Part shown: piece after piece, positions 32,383-42,087 of the stretch
How the letters are laid out: every line of letters starts with the position of its first letter
How positions within the stretch are numbered: position 1 is the stretch's first letter
DNA from: an uncultured Phycisphaerales bacterium
Lineage (GTDB): Bacteria > Planctomycetota > Phycisphaerae > Tepidisphaerales > Tepidisphaeraceae
DNA length: 64,000 nt
NCBI GenBank assembly: GCA_963758525.1
Contig: CAVWVQ010000005.1
Coordinates: forward strand, 288,001-352,000
Reading direction: 5' to 3'
Translations under genes and position numbers: made by a program
The notes under the pieces: model-generated
Database searches by the model: none
Seen by the model: only the letters and a program-made list of their open reading frames with translations
Told to the model about the DNA's origin: nothing

Positions 32383-33567
32383 TCACTTGATCGGATCAAC
32401 TGCGAGCCCGGATGCGCCGGCCGTAATGGAAATCGCTTTGCTGCGTGTTCCATGTGCCACGACATGTTTCACGTAACCGTCAAAGTGCCAGTAAGCAGGA
32501 TCGGTCATATCCGCGGGATTGCCGACATGCACCAAAACGGCGTGTTTGCAGCCGGTGACATTGACACCGTCGACAGCCACGCCGCGGCTGGAGCAGCTCG
32601 TGTATTTATACGTAGTCCCGTTGGCGACCGTCGAATCGATTTCGATGCCGGCGCCAGTCGCGTTCACCACGGTCAGGTTCGACACGGTCACATCCATGTC
32701 GCCGGTGATCCGACAACCGTTGGAATGCGAGTCGGTCGAGCTGATGTTGGTGGCTTTAGTATCATTGTCGCACCATTCACCAAGCTTCGGGATCGCGAAC
32801 GGGCCTTTTCCGACAGTGGGCCCGGTGTACGTAACGATGGCGAGCGTATCGTCACCGGTATTTACGCCGGTGATGTCTTCGGCATGGATGTGGCGACAGG
32901 CATTGAAATGAATGCCGTCGGCCAGCGTGTTCTTTACGGTATAGTTCTTCACGCTGATGTTGCTGCACCCCATGAACACCGTGCCGGCCTGTGCCGCTCC
33001 CTCGACCAGGATGTCCTTCAGGACAATCTTTTCGATCGTCTTGTCATCGCTCGGATATCCGCGGAACTCCATGCCAAACCCGAAGCCGCGTTTGCGGGGG
33101 ATCGTGGCCCATTTGATGTGCGCGCCGAGTACGGAAACGTTGGTCGCGGGGCCCTTGATTAATATGCCGTTTCCGGTGCCAAGCCCATCCTTCAAATTAT
33201 CCATGAGCAGCGTTGAGTTGCCTTCGAATTTGAGCGTGAGGTGGCTGATTCCGTCAAACTGTATCGCAGTGCCGGGCGTACCGTCGCGGTATGTCCCGGC
33301 GGGGAACAAAAGCGTGCCCGAGCCGTGCTCAATCAGCGCCGCCACCGCCTTCTTCATCGCCGCCTCGTCGTCGGTTGTGCCGTCACCGGTGGCGCCGTAA
33401 TTCCGCACGTTAAAAGTTGCGGACTCCGGATCGGCTGGTGCTGCCGATGGGGCCGCCCATGTAATACGCAATCCCGGCAGGATCATTAAGGACAGCGTTA
33501 TGCCGCTCAGCATTGCCAGTTGAAATCGTTTGCCGTAACGCCAACGTTTCGAATCAGCAGGAAGCAC
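32383..33567 (-). CDS. Beta-helix glycoside hydrolase-like protein (paralogue 1) with Sec-type signal peptide
   Basis: GAGGTG RBS before GTG; hydrophobic signal LAMLSGITLSLMILPGL; FNVRNYGATGDGTTDD, TLADGIHFNAC, NTGDDTLAI. Confidence 0.82.
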   Translation of the reverse strand: MLPADSKRWRYGKRFQLAMLSGITLSLMILPGLRITWAAPSAAPADPESATFNVRNYGATGDGTTDDEAAMKKAVAALIEHGSGTLLFPAGTYRDGTPGTAIQFDGISHLTLKFEGNSTLLMDNLKDGLGTGNGILIKGPATNVSVLGAHIKWATIPRKRGFGFGMEFRGYPSDDKTIEKIVLKDILVEGAAQAGTVFMGCSNISVKNYTVKNTLADGIHFNACRHIHAEDITGVNTGDDTLAIVTYTGPTVGKGPFAIPKLGEWCDNDTKATNISSTDSHSNGCRITGDMDVTVSNLTVVNATGAGIEIDSTVANGTTYKYTSCSSRGVAVDGVNVTGCKHAVLVHVGNPADMTDPAYWHFDGYVKHVVAHGTRSKAISITAGASGLAVDPIK

Positions 33568-33817
33568 GGTTCACCTCGTTTGTTGTATCTTTGAGAATCG
33601 CCGACGGTAGGCTACCGTGGGATACACCCGCGCACCAATATAATTCTGCATTGTCGAACCCGGCTGCTGTCTTCGGAACAAACTCGGTAAAGGCTTGCGT
33701 GCAGACGATCATGCCCGGGTCAAACACAGCGGTGGGTTACCGATGAGAGGCCGTTGTCGATAGGGAGCAACCGGTCGCGGAGCGGCCACTGTCCGAATCC
33801 GACAGCCCGCCGATCGC

Positions 33818-34530
33818 TCATCCTTCTTTCCGCGCCGAATCCGGTTGCGGCAGGTCTTTGAGCGTGTTGAGACCAAAGAGCTCGAGGAATCGCTTCGTCG
33901 TCCCGTAGAGAATCGGCCTTCCAGGCTCTTCCGCGCGGCCGGCGATTTTCACCAGGTGCTTTTCCATCAGGCTGCGGATCGTCTCGCCGCAGGCGACGCC
34001 GCGAATCGCCTCCACGTCGGCGCGGAGGATCGGTTGCTTGTAGGCGATGATTGCCAGTGTTTCCAATGCGGCTTTCGTCAGCTTGGCGTCAATTTCCTTC
34101 TGATGGAGCTTTTTGAGAAACTCGCCGAATTCCGGGAGCGTGAGGAGCTGGAATCCCCCGGCTACCTGTTCGATTCGGAACGACCGCATCGTCGTTTCGT
34201 ATTGCGCGTTGAGTTCCTTGATTGCCGTGCGCACTGCCTTGGTGCCAGAGACTCCCAGCAACTCCGCGAGCCGGCCGGCCGTGAGTGGGTGATGCGTGCT
34301 CAGCAGCAGGGCCTCGAGGCGCCGGAATTGGCCGGCTCCGCGGCCGGTTCGTCGGCAGGATCCGCCTGCTCGACGGCTCCGTCGGGCTGCTCGGATGATG
34401 ACGCCCTCGATTGCTCGGGTTCCAGCAATTCTCCCTCGCTGTCCACTGGCGGTGCGCTCTCTTCCATGACTTGCAAACCATCTTCCGGAAATTCATCCCG
34501 CACTAATCGCATCGTCGTTTCTCCGATCAT
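33818..34530 (-). CDS. scpB: SMC-Scp complex subunit ScpB (frameshift near 34318)
   Basis: LEALLLSTHHPL after restoring one C; VAGGFQLLT, AALETLAIIAYKQPI, IRGV, GRPILYGTTKRFLELFGL; acidic N-terminal extension. Confidence 0.92.
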
Positions 34531-34632
34531 GTCGCATCGACATTATCGGTCCACGACAAGCAGGACGTGCAGGAATTCACCGACCATGGTGGCGAAAGCG
34601 ATCCGCGGAGTCAAACGGAACGGGGAAAGGAT

Positions 34633-34902
34633 CGGAGGGACGAAGGGACAAAGGGACGGAGGGACAAAGGGACAAAGGGACGAGGGACAAAGGGACGGAG
34701 GGACAAAGGGACAAAGGGACAAAGGGATACAAAGGGACAAAGGGACAAAGGGACAAAGGGGCGGAGGGACAAAGGGACGAAGGGACAAAGGGACAAAGGA
34801 ACAAAGGGACAAAGGGACGAAGGGACGAAGGGACAAAGGGACAAAGGGGTGGAGGGACAAAAGGGACGAAGGGATTTAGGGACGAAGGGACAAAGGGACG
34901 GA
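34633..34902. repeat. 8-nt tandem repeat array (GGGACAAA/GGGACGAA/GGGACGGA), roughly 30 units
   Basis: Directly visible: cggaggga cgaaggga caaaggga cggaggga caaaggga... Confidence 0.95.
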
Positions 34903-35111
34903 GCACTAGGGTTTCACGACAGAATCGATCCCGCGCCGAAGGGCGCATGGGGCGAGAATCAGAACGTGACGCGGGGCAATACCGTGGGAAGCATTCGGGT
35001 AGCCGCCGCCGGGAACTCGCCGCAGGGCCGGGCGTGGCTTGCCCTTCGCGGAGCGAAAAAGCACTACAACAGAAGTAGAACGAATGAAGTCCCCACAGCG
35101 CACCCGCACGC

Positions 35112-35366
35112 TCACGCCGCAACTGCTTCATCATTCAGCGACGGAAACTTCCGGCACTGCAGGCACAGCGCCAGAAAGATGTGACGCACGCGGTCCAGCG
35201 GCAGCGTTTCCAAAAAGCCCGGCGTGAAATCGACCGGAAAACTCGATGGGAATTCCTCGAAGTGCCGCATCAGCGCCGGGCGATCCAACGCCGACACGAG
35301 ACAGATCAATTCTTCGAGTTGTTCCGCTTGTAACATCGCGTGCCTCTCGATCTCTGAATATACCAT
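35112..35366 (-). CDS. Small hypothetical protein (74-84 aa)
   Basis: Protein-like helical sequence LEELICLVSALDRPAL...FPVDFTPGFLETLPLDRVRHIFLALCL; ATG at 35366 or 35336. Confidence 0.65.
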   Translation of the reverse strand: MVYSEIERHAMLQAEQLEELICLVSALDRPALMRHFEEFPSSFPVDFTPGFLETLPLDRVRHIFLALCLQCRKFPSLNDEAVAA

Positions 35367-35395
35367 GACGTGCGGGTCGCGAAACCGGCAGCGCC

Positions 35396-35845
35396 TCAAA
35401 TAAAGCAGTCCAGCACCGTCCCTTTAGCACAGATATCGGGTCTGTATCGGATGATCTTAATCTTCGCCGGCGAGCGCGACGGCTGATTCCACGGCAGCGA
35501 CTTCCACGGCGGAGCCAGCGGAGAACAAAGCTCGTCAGCCACCTTTTGCACGATCACCTCGACCACCACTGGCATCGAAGCAGCAGCGGGGGAAGCAAGG
35601 GCGCACCGGTGATGTGAATACAGCGCGGGCGCCGCGGCGCGTTCAACGGCGTTTCTGATAACGACATCGTCGCGGTAGACGCGCGCGGGCTCAGCCGGCA
35701 GCGCATGCGTGACGATCGGCAGGGGGGACTTCTTATCCTGCCCGCTCTGGATGTCGGCCGTGCGAATCGCGCCCAGAACCGATTCGACCAGCTTCAGGTC
35801 GAGTTCGGCGGCGAGAAATCCGGCTGCTGTTGCGAAACTGCTCAC
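35396..35845 (-). CDS. Hypothetical protein (149 aa)
   Basis: Fills the gap divergent from queA; ends PPWKSLPW...KGTVLDCFI. No family recognised. Confidence 0.5.
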   Translation of the reverse strand: MSSFATAAGFLAAELDLKLVESVLGAIRTADIQSGQDKKSPLPIVTHALPAEPARVYRDDVVIRNAVERAAAPALYSHHRCALASPAAASMPVVVEVIVQKVADELCSPLAPPWKSLPWNQPSRSPAKIKIIRYRPDICAKGTVLDCFI

Positions 35846-36049
35846 ACCTAATATGGAGCAAACGCAACGCTCGCCTCAGCAACGCAAACCACCCGCATCC
35901 CGACTTAAGCGGGAATCACCGAGCAAAATAAATATCTGTGGCTCGCGCAAGGCCGACATGACATTGTTCTGTTTATGCCGGATGATGCCTGCACGCCACA
36001 TCCACGGTTGAGAAAACGAAGAGAGGACGCGAATGTGGCTCCGATCGCC

Positions 36050-37087
36050 ATGCGCACCGATGAACTCGATTTTGATCTTCCCGAAGAACTGATCGCGCAG
36101 AGTCCGCCGGCCGAGCGTGGCGCATCGCGGCTGATGCACTACCGCCGGACCGACGGACTGCTGGCACATCAAGTTTTCCCGGACCTGCCTAATCTGCTGC
36201 GCCCCGGCGATCTCCTGGTCTTCAACGACGCGAAGGTGCTTCCCGCGCGCTTCGCGTTGCGAAAAAGCACCGGCGGCCGCGTCGACGGGCTCTTTCTCCT
36301 TGAGCGAGAACCGGGACGCTGGCGGGTACTGCTGCGAAATATGGGGTCTGGCGCAGCCAAAGAGCTATCGATGATCGGCGCGCCGCACATCCGGGCCCGG
36401 GTGATGCGGACGCTGGCGGCAGGGGAGTTCGAACTGGAGCTTTCTTCAACAGAGAGCGCTGAGGTGATTCTCCAAAACGTCGGACGGATGCCGCTGCCGC
36501 CCTATATTCGCAGAGCCAAAGACAGCGACGAGCGTGATCCATCCGATCGGGAGCGATATCAGACGGTGTTTGCAAAAAACGCCGGCGCCGTCGCCGCCCC
36601 GACGGCCGCCCTGCACTTTTCAGAGGCCTTGCTCATCGCACTGGCGTCGCGGGGAATCGAGCGGACGTTCGTCACGCTCCACGTCGGAATGGGAACCTTC
36701 AAGCCGGTCACGGCCGACACGCTTGAGTCTCACGCGATGCACGTCGAACGATACGAAATCAGCGAGGAAGCCGCCGCCGCGCTCAACCGCGCCAAAGCCC
36801 AGGGCCGCCGAATCGTCGCGGTGGGAACGACGTCGGCCCGCGTGCTGGAGAGTCAGCCCGAAGCGGTCTTTTCAGCGCGCGAAGATGAGACCCGACTGCT
36901 GATCTATCCCCCGTACCAGTGGAAGCACATTTCCGTGCTGCTGACCAATTTTCACCTGCCCCGCAGTACGCTGATCGCGCTGGTTGCGGCCTTCGTTGGG
37001 CTGGAAGTTCAGCGGAAGCTCTATCAAGCCGCGCTGGAGCAGAAGTACAAATTCTTTAGTTACGGTGACGCCATGCTGCTTGAGTAG
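36050..37087 (+). CDS. queA: S-adenosylmethionine:tRNA ribosyltransferase-isomerase
   Basis: DFDLPEELIAQ, VFNDAKVLPAR, PLPPYIRR, RYQTVFA, AVAAPTAALHF, TLHVGMGTFKPV, AVGTTSARVLES, TNFHLPRSTL, FFSYGDAML. Confidence 0.97.
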   Translation: MRTDELDFDLPEELIAQSPPAERGASRLMHYRRTDGLLAHQVFPDLPNLLRPGDLLVFNDAKVLPARFALRKSTGGRVDGLFLLEREPGRWRVLLRNMGSGAAKELSMIGAPHIRARVMRTLAAGEFELELSSTESAEVILQNVGRMPLPPYIRRAKDSDERDPSDRERYQTVFAKNAGAVAAPTAALHFSEALLIALASRGIERTFVTLHVGMGTFKPVTADTLESHAMHVERYEISEEAAAALNRAKAQGRRIVAVGTTSARVLESQPEAVFSAREDETRLLIYPPYQWKHISVLLTNFHLPRSTLIALVAAFVGLEVQRKLYQAALEQKYKFFSYGDAMLLE

Positions 37088-37191
37088 CGTGCATTACGCG
37101 CGAATTTCGCTTCCGTCGCGGTCGGGCGTATCGGGCTGCGCCTCGGCGCGCGCGTTCCGACGGAGGATCCGTCGGCTTTGGGACAACTTTG

Positions 37192-37228
37192 TCTCCCGGC
37201 TCCTTGCTCCTGGCTTCTTGCTTCTCCC
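37192..37228. repeat. Short 7-nt tandem repeat (GAAGCCA/GGAGCAA type on the minus strand)
   Basis: ctcccggctccttgctcctggcttcttgcttctcc in the convergent queA-moxR gap; a related tract occurs at 61447..61485. Confidence 0.55.
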
Positions 37229-37275
37229 GGCGATTCCCGCGCACTTTACCGGTCATGTCTTGTTGCGTCGCAGTC

Positions 37276-38409
37276 CTACCTGGGCACCGGGATTTTCTCC
37301 AGCGATTCCTCAACGATCTGCTCGGTGCGCTGGCCGCCGTACTTGGCTTTGGTTTCGAGGACGACGCGATGCGACAGGACCGGCGGGGCGATGGCGCGCA
37401 CGTCGTCTGGGGTGACGAAGTCGCGGCCTTGCAGGAGAGCGCTGGCCTGGGAGGTTCGATACAGCGCCAGCGATCCGCGGGGAGAGACGCCGAGCCGGAG
37501 GCGCGGATCGGTCCGGGTCCAGGAAGTGAGGCGGACGATGTAGTCGGCGATCGCGGGATCGACGCGCACCTGCTTCACGCGTTCCTGCATTGCAATCACG
37601 TCGTCGCACGTGGCGACGGTTTTGAGATCGTCGAAAGGGTGATGCTCCCGCTGGCTGAACAAGACCTGCATCTCGCTTTCATGATCGGGGTAGCCGAGCG
37701 TGACGCGCAGGGCAAACCGATCGAGCTGTGCTTCAGGGAGCGGATAGGTTCCGTGATATTCGGAAGGGTTTTGCGTGGCGATGACGAAGAACGGATGCGG
37801 GAGGTCACGGCGCTTGCCATCGACGGTCACCTGCGCTTCACTCATGACCTCGAGCAGCGCGGATTGCGTGCGGGGGCTGGTCCGGTTGATCTCGTCGGCG
37901 AGGAGAATGTTGGTGAAGACAGGGCCTTCACGGAATTCGAAGGAGCCGTCCTGGGGCTTGTAGAAGCTGCTGCCGGTGATGTCGGCGGGGAGCAGATCGG
38001 GGGTGAATTGCACGCGGCGGAAGATGCCGCTGATCGAACGCGCCAGCGATTTGGCGAGCGTGGTTTTGCCGGTCCCGGGAACGTCTTCCAGCAGCGCGTG
38101 GCCGCCGGCGAGCATGGCGATCAGCAGCAGGCGAATGCTTTGAGGCTTGCCACGGATCACGCTGGAGAGATTCGCTTCAAGCCTTTGCAAATGGGCAAGA
38201 ACCGTCGCGAGCGGTGTGGTATCGGACCTGAGATCTGAAATTTCAGATTTGGAGTTGAAGATTTCAGATTTGAGAGGAGCAGAGCCTGGGATTTCAGACT
38301 TGAGATGTTGCGGATTTGAGATTGGAGATTTGAGATCCTGAGACTTTGCAATCTCAGATTTGAAATTGGGAATCTCTGCGGCGGCACCTGCATGTGAGTC
38401 GCGATTCAT
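37276..38409 (-). CDS. MoxR family AAA+ ATPase
   Basis: LLEDVPGTGKT, RVQFTPDLLPADITG, LADEINRTSPRTQSALLE, IATQNP, YPLPEAQLDRF, GVSPRG; N-terminal about 50 aa derived from a heptamer repeat. Confidence 0.95.
   Translation of the reverse strand: MNRDSHAGAAAEIPNFKSEIAKSQDLKSPISNPQHLKSEIPGSAPLKSEIFNSKSEISDLRSDTTPLATVLAHLQRLEANLSSVIRGKPQSIRLLLIAMLAGGHALLEDVPGTGKTTLAKSLARSISGIFRRVQFTPDLLPADITGSSFYKPQDGSFEFREGPVFTNILLADEINRTSPRTQSALLEVMSEAQVTVDGKRRDLPHPFFVIATQNPSEYHGTYPLPEAQLDRFALRVTLGYPDHESEMQVLFSQREHHPFDDLKTVATCDDVIAMQERVKQVRVDPAIADYIVRLTSWTRTDPRLRLGVSPRGSLALYRTSQASALLQGRDFVTPDDVRAIAPPVLSHRVVLETKAKYGGQRTEQIVEESLEKIPVPR
38227..38375. repeat. AT-rich heptamer repeat (GATTTCA/GATTTGA) inside the moxR 5' end
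   Basis: gatctgaaatttcagatttggag...gatttcagatttgag...gatttgagattggagatttgag; encodes repeated KSEI. Confidence 0.8.
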
Positions 38410-40344
38410 GGGTTGGGATTCCTCGGTTCCTGTTCGATCTGGTCGAGTAATTCGTTGAGGCGATGCGGGTCGCCGGCAGCGCCAAACCTCAGCGTGTTGT
38501 AGGTGCTGATGAATTCATGATAGGCTGCGGGGGCCGTCGCCAGCGATTCGCGCCACGTGCGATGGGGCGCAAGATTGTGGCCGCGCTGCTGCGCGGCTCT
38601 CTCGAAGCGGCGCGCCGCGGCGGCGAGCTCCGCCGGGGGAGGCGGATACTGGAGCGCCCGCGGGCGGAGAAGTTTTGGCCGGTTGCGCAGGTAGCGGATG
38701 AGCGAAACGAGCGATGCGATCGCGACCGCGATTGCCGCCGCAAGAATCATCGTGCTGCGATTGGCTCTTGCGGAGAGTCGTTTGAAGAGCCGGGGCAAAT
38801 CGGTGATCGAGTCCCAGCACCGTCTCCACGCGGAGGTCCGGGGATACAGTGCGTCGGGAGTGCCGGCCGATGGCGTGGCGTCCACGGTCACCCAGCCGGT
38901 TCCGTCGATCCAGCATTCGGCCCAGGCGTGGGCGTCGCGGCCGCGCACGATCGTCTGGTTTCCTTCCCGTTCATGCGCGTAATAGCCGCTGACGAACCGG
39001 GCGGGGATGCCGATGGAGCGCGCCATGATGACCATCGCGGAAGCGAAATACTCGCAGTGGGCGGCACGGTGATTCAGGACGAAATCGCTGATCGGCTCTC
39101 CCTGCGGGGTGAACGACAGGCTGTAGCCATGATGCTCGCGCAATTCGTCGGCGAGGCGCGACAACTGTTCCGCCGGGCTCCCTGTCCCAGATACCTTGCG
39201 GGCGAGCTTGCCGACACCCGGGTCCAAATCTGGCGGAATGGCAAGCAGGGTGGCGCGCTCGCTCACATCAGGCGCGACGCAGAGCGCGCCTTGATAGGCG
39301 TTTTGCGGCGCCGAGATGATCTGGTAGGTGAAGTCCGCGACCGGATCGTGCAGTTGGAGTTCGCCCTCGTCTCCGCGATCCACCGGAGCATCGCAGACGA
39401 TTCCGGCCGAATTCAGCGGTGCCAATAGCAAGCCGAATGTGTCGGCAAGCACCCTGACATCCAGACGCGGACCTGTCTTTCCAGCGCCCACGTCGCCGGG
39501 ATCGATCGGCGTGAAAACGCGCTCGTGCATCAACGGCCGCCAGAGATGCCCCTCATAGCGATCAAATGCCATCGCGCAGATGCGGATCAGAGAGCGACCC
39601 GTCGACGACCACCACGCGCTCCAGCGAGGCCTTTGGATTGAAAACCGCGCCCAGGTACGCGGTGTCGGAAAGACCGATCTCGTCCCGCTGCTGCGTGCGA
39701 TTGAAGATCCGCATGGCCAATCTCGTGATGCGGTAGTCATATCGATTGATCGTCTCAACCGCGCCGTACCCGAAGGACAGCGCAAGCAGTCCAAACAATA
39801 CGCGCAGCATGACCAGCCGGGCGATGTGCCGCGGCGGCTTGGCGGGGTTCCCGAAGCGGCGCAGCGAAATCAGCAGCATCGCCGCATAGACGGGAACGAA
39901 CTGACTGACCTGGCGATGTTTGTATGTGTTGGACCCCGCCGCCACGATCAGTGCGGTGAGCAGAATCGCGACGCCCGCGGCCTCGGGCGGCTTCGACCAG
40001 TCGCGCCAGCGCCACGCCTGCACCACCATTTCCGCGGCCAGCAGATATCCGGCGAGGCGCGTGTACTCCGGCTTGAAATACCAGAAATCGGCAGACTCCC
40101 GCGGAATGCCGACGATCAGGATGATCGCCCCAAACAGCAGCGTGCGCAGGGCGTAGCCGTAAAATCGCCCCGCGGGGAGACGCCAATCGGTCGCATAGGT
40201 GAACAACAGCAGCGCGGCCAGAATCGGCAGCCCGGGGAAGTGCCCCCCGGTGACGTACAACATCGCAAAAGCCGTCAGCGCAGCCCCGGTGATGGAAAGG
40301 GGGACGGAACGGGCGCGGGGTTGTTCCTCTGGCGCGTCGGTCAC
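38406..40344 (-). CDS. Membrane-anchored transglutaminase-like (TgpA/DUF3488-type) protein (frameshift near 39572)
   Basis: N-terminal TM region (ORF 39562..40344); catalytic triad motifs AHCEYFASAM, DAHAWAE, WVTVDATP (ORF 38406..39794); ATGA/GTGA overlaps with neighbours. Confidence 0.85.
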
Positions 40345-41648
40345 AGGACGCTGACTCCTCGCTCAAATTGCTCGCGGTGAATCACGGGAATGTTCCCCAG
40401 CGCGTCATCGTCCGCCAGGGGATCCAGCGAGCAGGGTTCGTCGCGGACGACGACCACCTTGATGGCAATTCCCCCCGCCCGCAATCGCAGCACGAAATCA
40501 CGGCGCGTGGTGTTCCAATCCAGAAAGACGCAAATCACCGTGGACAGGCGCGCAAGCAACTCCGCGATTCGCGGCTCGATCGCATCAAAGGGTTCGGCCG
40601 GGTTCTCGCCCACGCAGGCGAGGATGTCCAGAATCTGATCGAGATACGCAAGGCTCCGCCCGGCAGTAAGATGATATAGATCGGGACCGGCGGCAAACAG
40701 ATCGACCAGGTAATCCTGGCGGGCCATGTAATCGCTGACGGCGGCGGCAATCGACACCGCTCGCTCGAAATCATCGCGCCGGCGCTGCGCTCGCTTGCCG
40801 CGCAGCGAGGCTGGAACGTGCGTGTCGAGGATGACTGCTGCCCGGAGCATGTATTCCTCAACCCACTCGCGCACGATCGGGCGAGTCGCCCGGGCCGTGG
40901 CGCGCCAGTCAATGTCACGGGGATTGTCTCCCTCGCGGTAATCCCGATTGCCCAGATATTCAAACGACTCGCCAAGGTGCGACGTCATGGCAACGCCGCC
41001 CGGCTGATAACGCCGCGCCGTCGGCAGCACGAGTCGCGCCAGCGGGTGAAACGCCGGATAGACCAGCAGCGCGTGGGGCCGCGAGAAACTTTGCCGTGCG
41101 CGCAGGAGCCCGAACGGGAAACCGCTTTCCACGCGGAATCCGCGCAGGGTATAGGCGCCACGCTGTGTGCAGCGCAGCCTTACGCGGATTGGCGCACTCT
41201 CTCCGCGGCGCAGATCGGGCAGCGGAACGCCTTCGGGAGGAATCGAATCGATGTCCTGCGGCAGCCGATGCGGGAGGAGCATCAGGTCAGCGCCGGTGAG
41301 AAAGCCGCGCTGCTCGATTCGTACGTCGGCAATGAGCGTCTCGCCGGCACAGACGCGGGCGGGCAGGTGGCTTGTGAGCCTGGTGCGCGGCCGATAGACC
41401 AGCATCGTGGCGGTGGCTGCCATCCAGATGGCGAGGATATAAATTGCGGTCACGTATGCCTGGAGCTGTAGTGACGCGCCGCCGTAGATGATGAAGACGA
41501 AGCTGATGAGGACAAACCATCGCCCGGCGGGCGTGAATCTCTGGGTGTAGATGCGCCACAGCCAGCGCGAGATTCCGCCGCGAAGCAGGAGGTAGTCGCC
41601 GATGTCTTTGGTTGGCGCCAGCGGTGGCCAGCGCGCAGGCCGGGGCAT
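40341..41648 (-). CDS. DUF58 domain-containing protein
   Basis: FPFGLL, LLVYP, EYLGNRDYREGDNPRDIDWRATAR, FERAVSIAA; first gene of the DUF58-TGase-MoxR triad. Confidence 0.9.
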   Translation of the reverse strand: MPRPARWPPLAPTKDIGDYLLLRGGISRWLWRIYTQRFTPAGRWFVLISFVFIIYGGASLQLQAYVTAIYILAIWMAATATMLVYRPRTRLTSHLPARVCAGETLIADVRIEQRGFLTGADLMLLPHRLPQDIDSIPPEGVPLPDLRRGESAPIRVRLRCTQRGAYTLRGFRVESGFPFGLLRARQSFSRPHALLVYPAFHPLARLVLPTARRYQPGGVAMTSHLGESFEYLGNRDYREGDNPRDIDWRATARATRPIVREWVEEYMLRAAVILDTHVPASLRGKRAQRRRDDFERAVSIAAAVSDYMARQDYLVDLFAAGPDLYHLTAGRSLAYLDQILDILACVGENPAEPFDAIEPRIAELLARLSTVICVFLDWNTTRRDFVLRLRAGGIAIKVVVVRDEPCSLDPLADDDALGNIPVIHREQFERGVSVL

Positions 41649-41761
41649 TCAGGGGATTATTCCAGATTTGCCGGGAAATGCGCCATCGCGGGCTCCGGCC
41701 CGAAGCCGCGCGGGCTTGGGTTCGTACGCACCGATCGTTGCCGAAGGTCCCGCCGCCCGCT

Positions 41762-42053
41762 CGGAAACCCGAATGACGAAACCCGAAACCAGAATCAAAC
41801 CCGAAGCTCGAATGACGAATGACGAATGAGCGAAACGGTTCGTCTGCGGGGCTCACTTCAACAATGGTGTCGGCAGGCAGATTCGGGCGCAGCGAGATCG
41901 CCTCTACGTCCGGGGATCGCCGGCAGCCCGCCGAGAGCGGTGCACGACGCGCAAAATCGACGCTCAACGACCGCGACGCTCATCCGCGGTTTCGTCATTC
42001 GGACTTCGTCATTCGGACTTGATTCTGGTTTCTGGTTTCGTCATTCGGATTTC
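41762..42053. repeat. Inverted pair of heptamer-repeat tracts (CGAATGA/GAAACCC type) flanking about 155 bp
   Basis: 41762..41829 gaaacccgaatgacgaaacccgaaaccagaatcaa...cgaatgacgaatgacgaa is the reverse complement of 41988..42053 tttcgtcattcggacttcgtcattcggacttgattctggtttctggtttcgtcattcggatttc. Confidence 0.85.
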
Positions 42054-42087
42054 AGCGGCGCGCACCTCGTTATTCACGACGGACGGC

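Noticed and set aside
34543..35184. ORFs with GTKGQRDK or PLSLCPFV repeats
   Set aside because: Translations of a stop-free 8-nt DNA repeat that is open in several frames on both strands.
37189..39428. Plus-strand ORFs of 349 aa and 321 aa
   Set aside because: Antisense to moxR and the transglutaminase gene.
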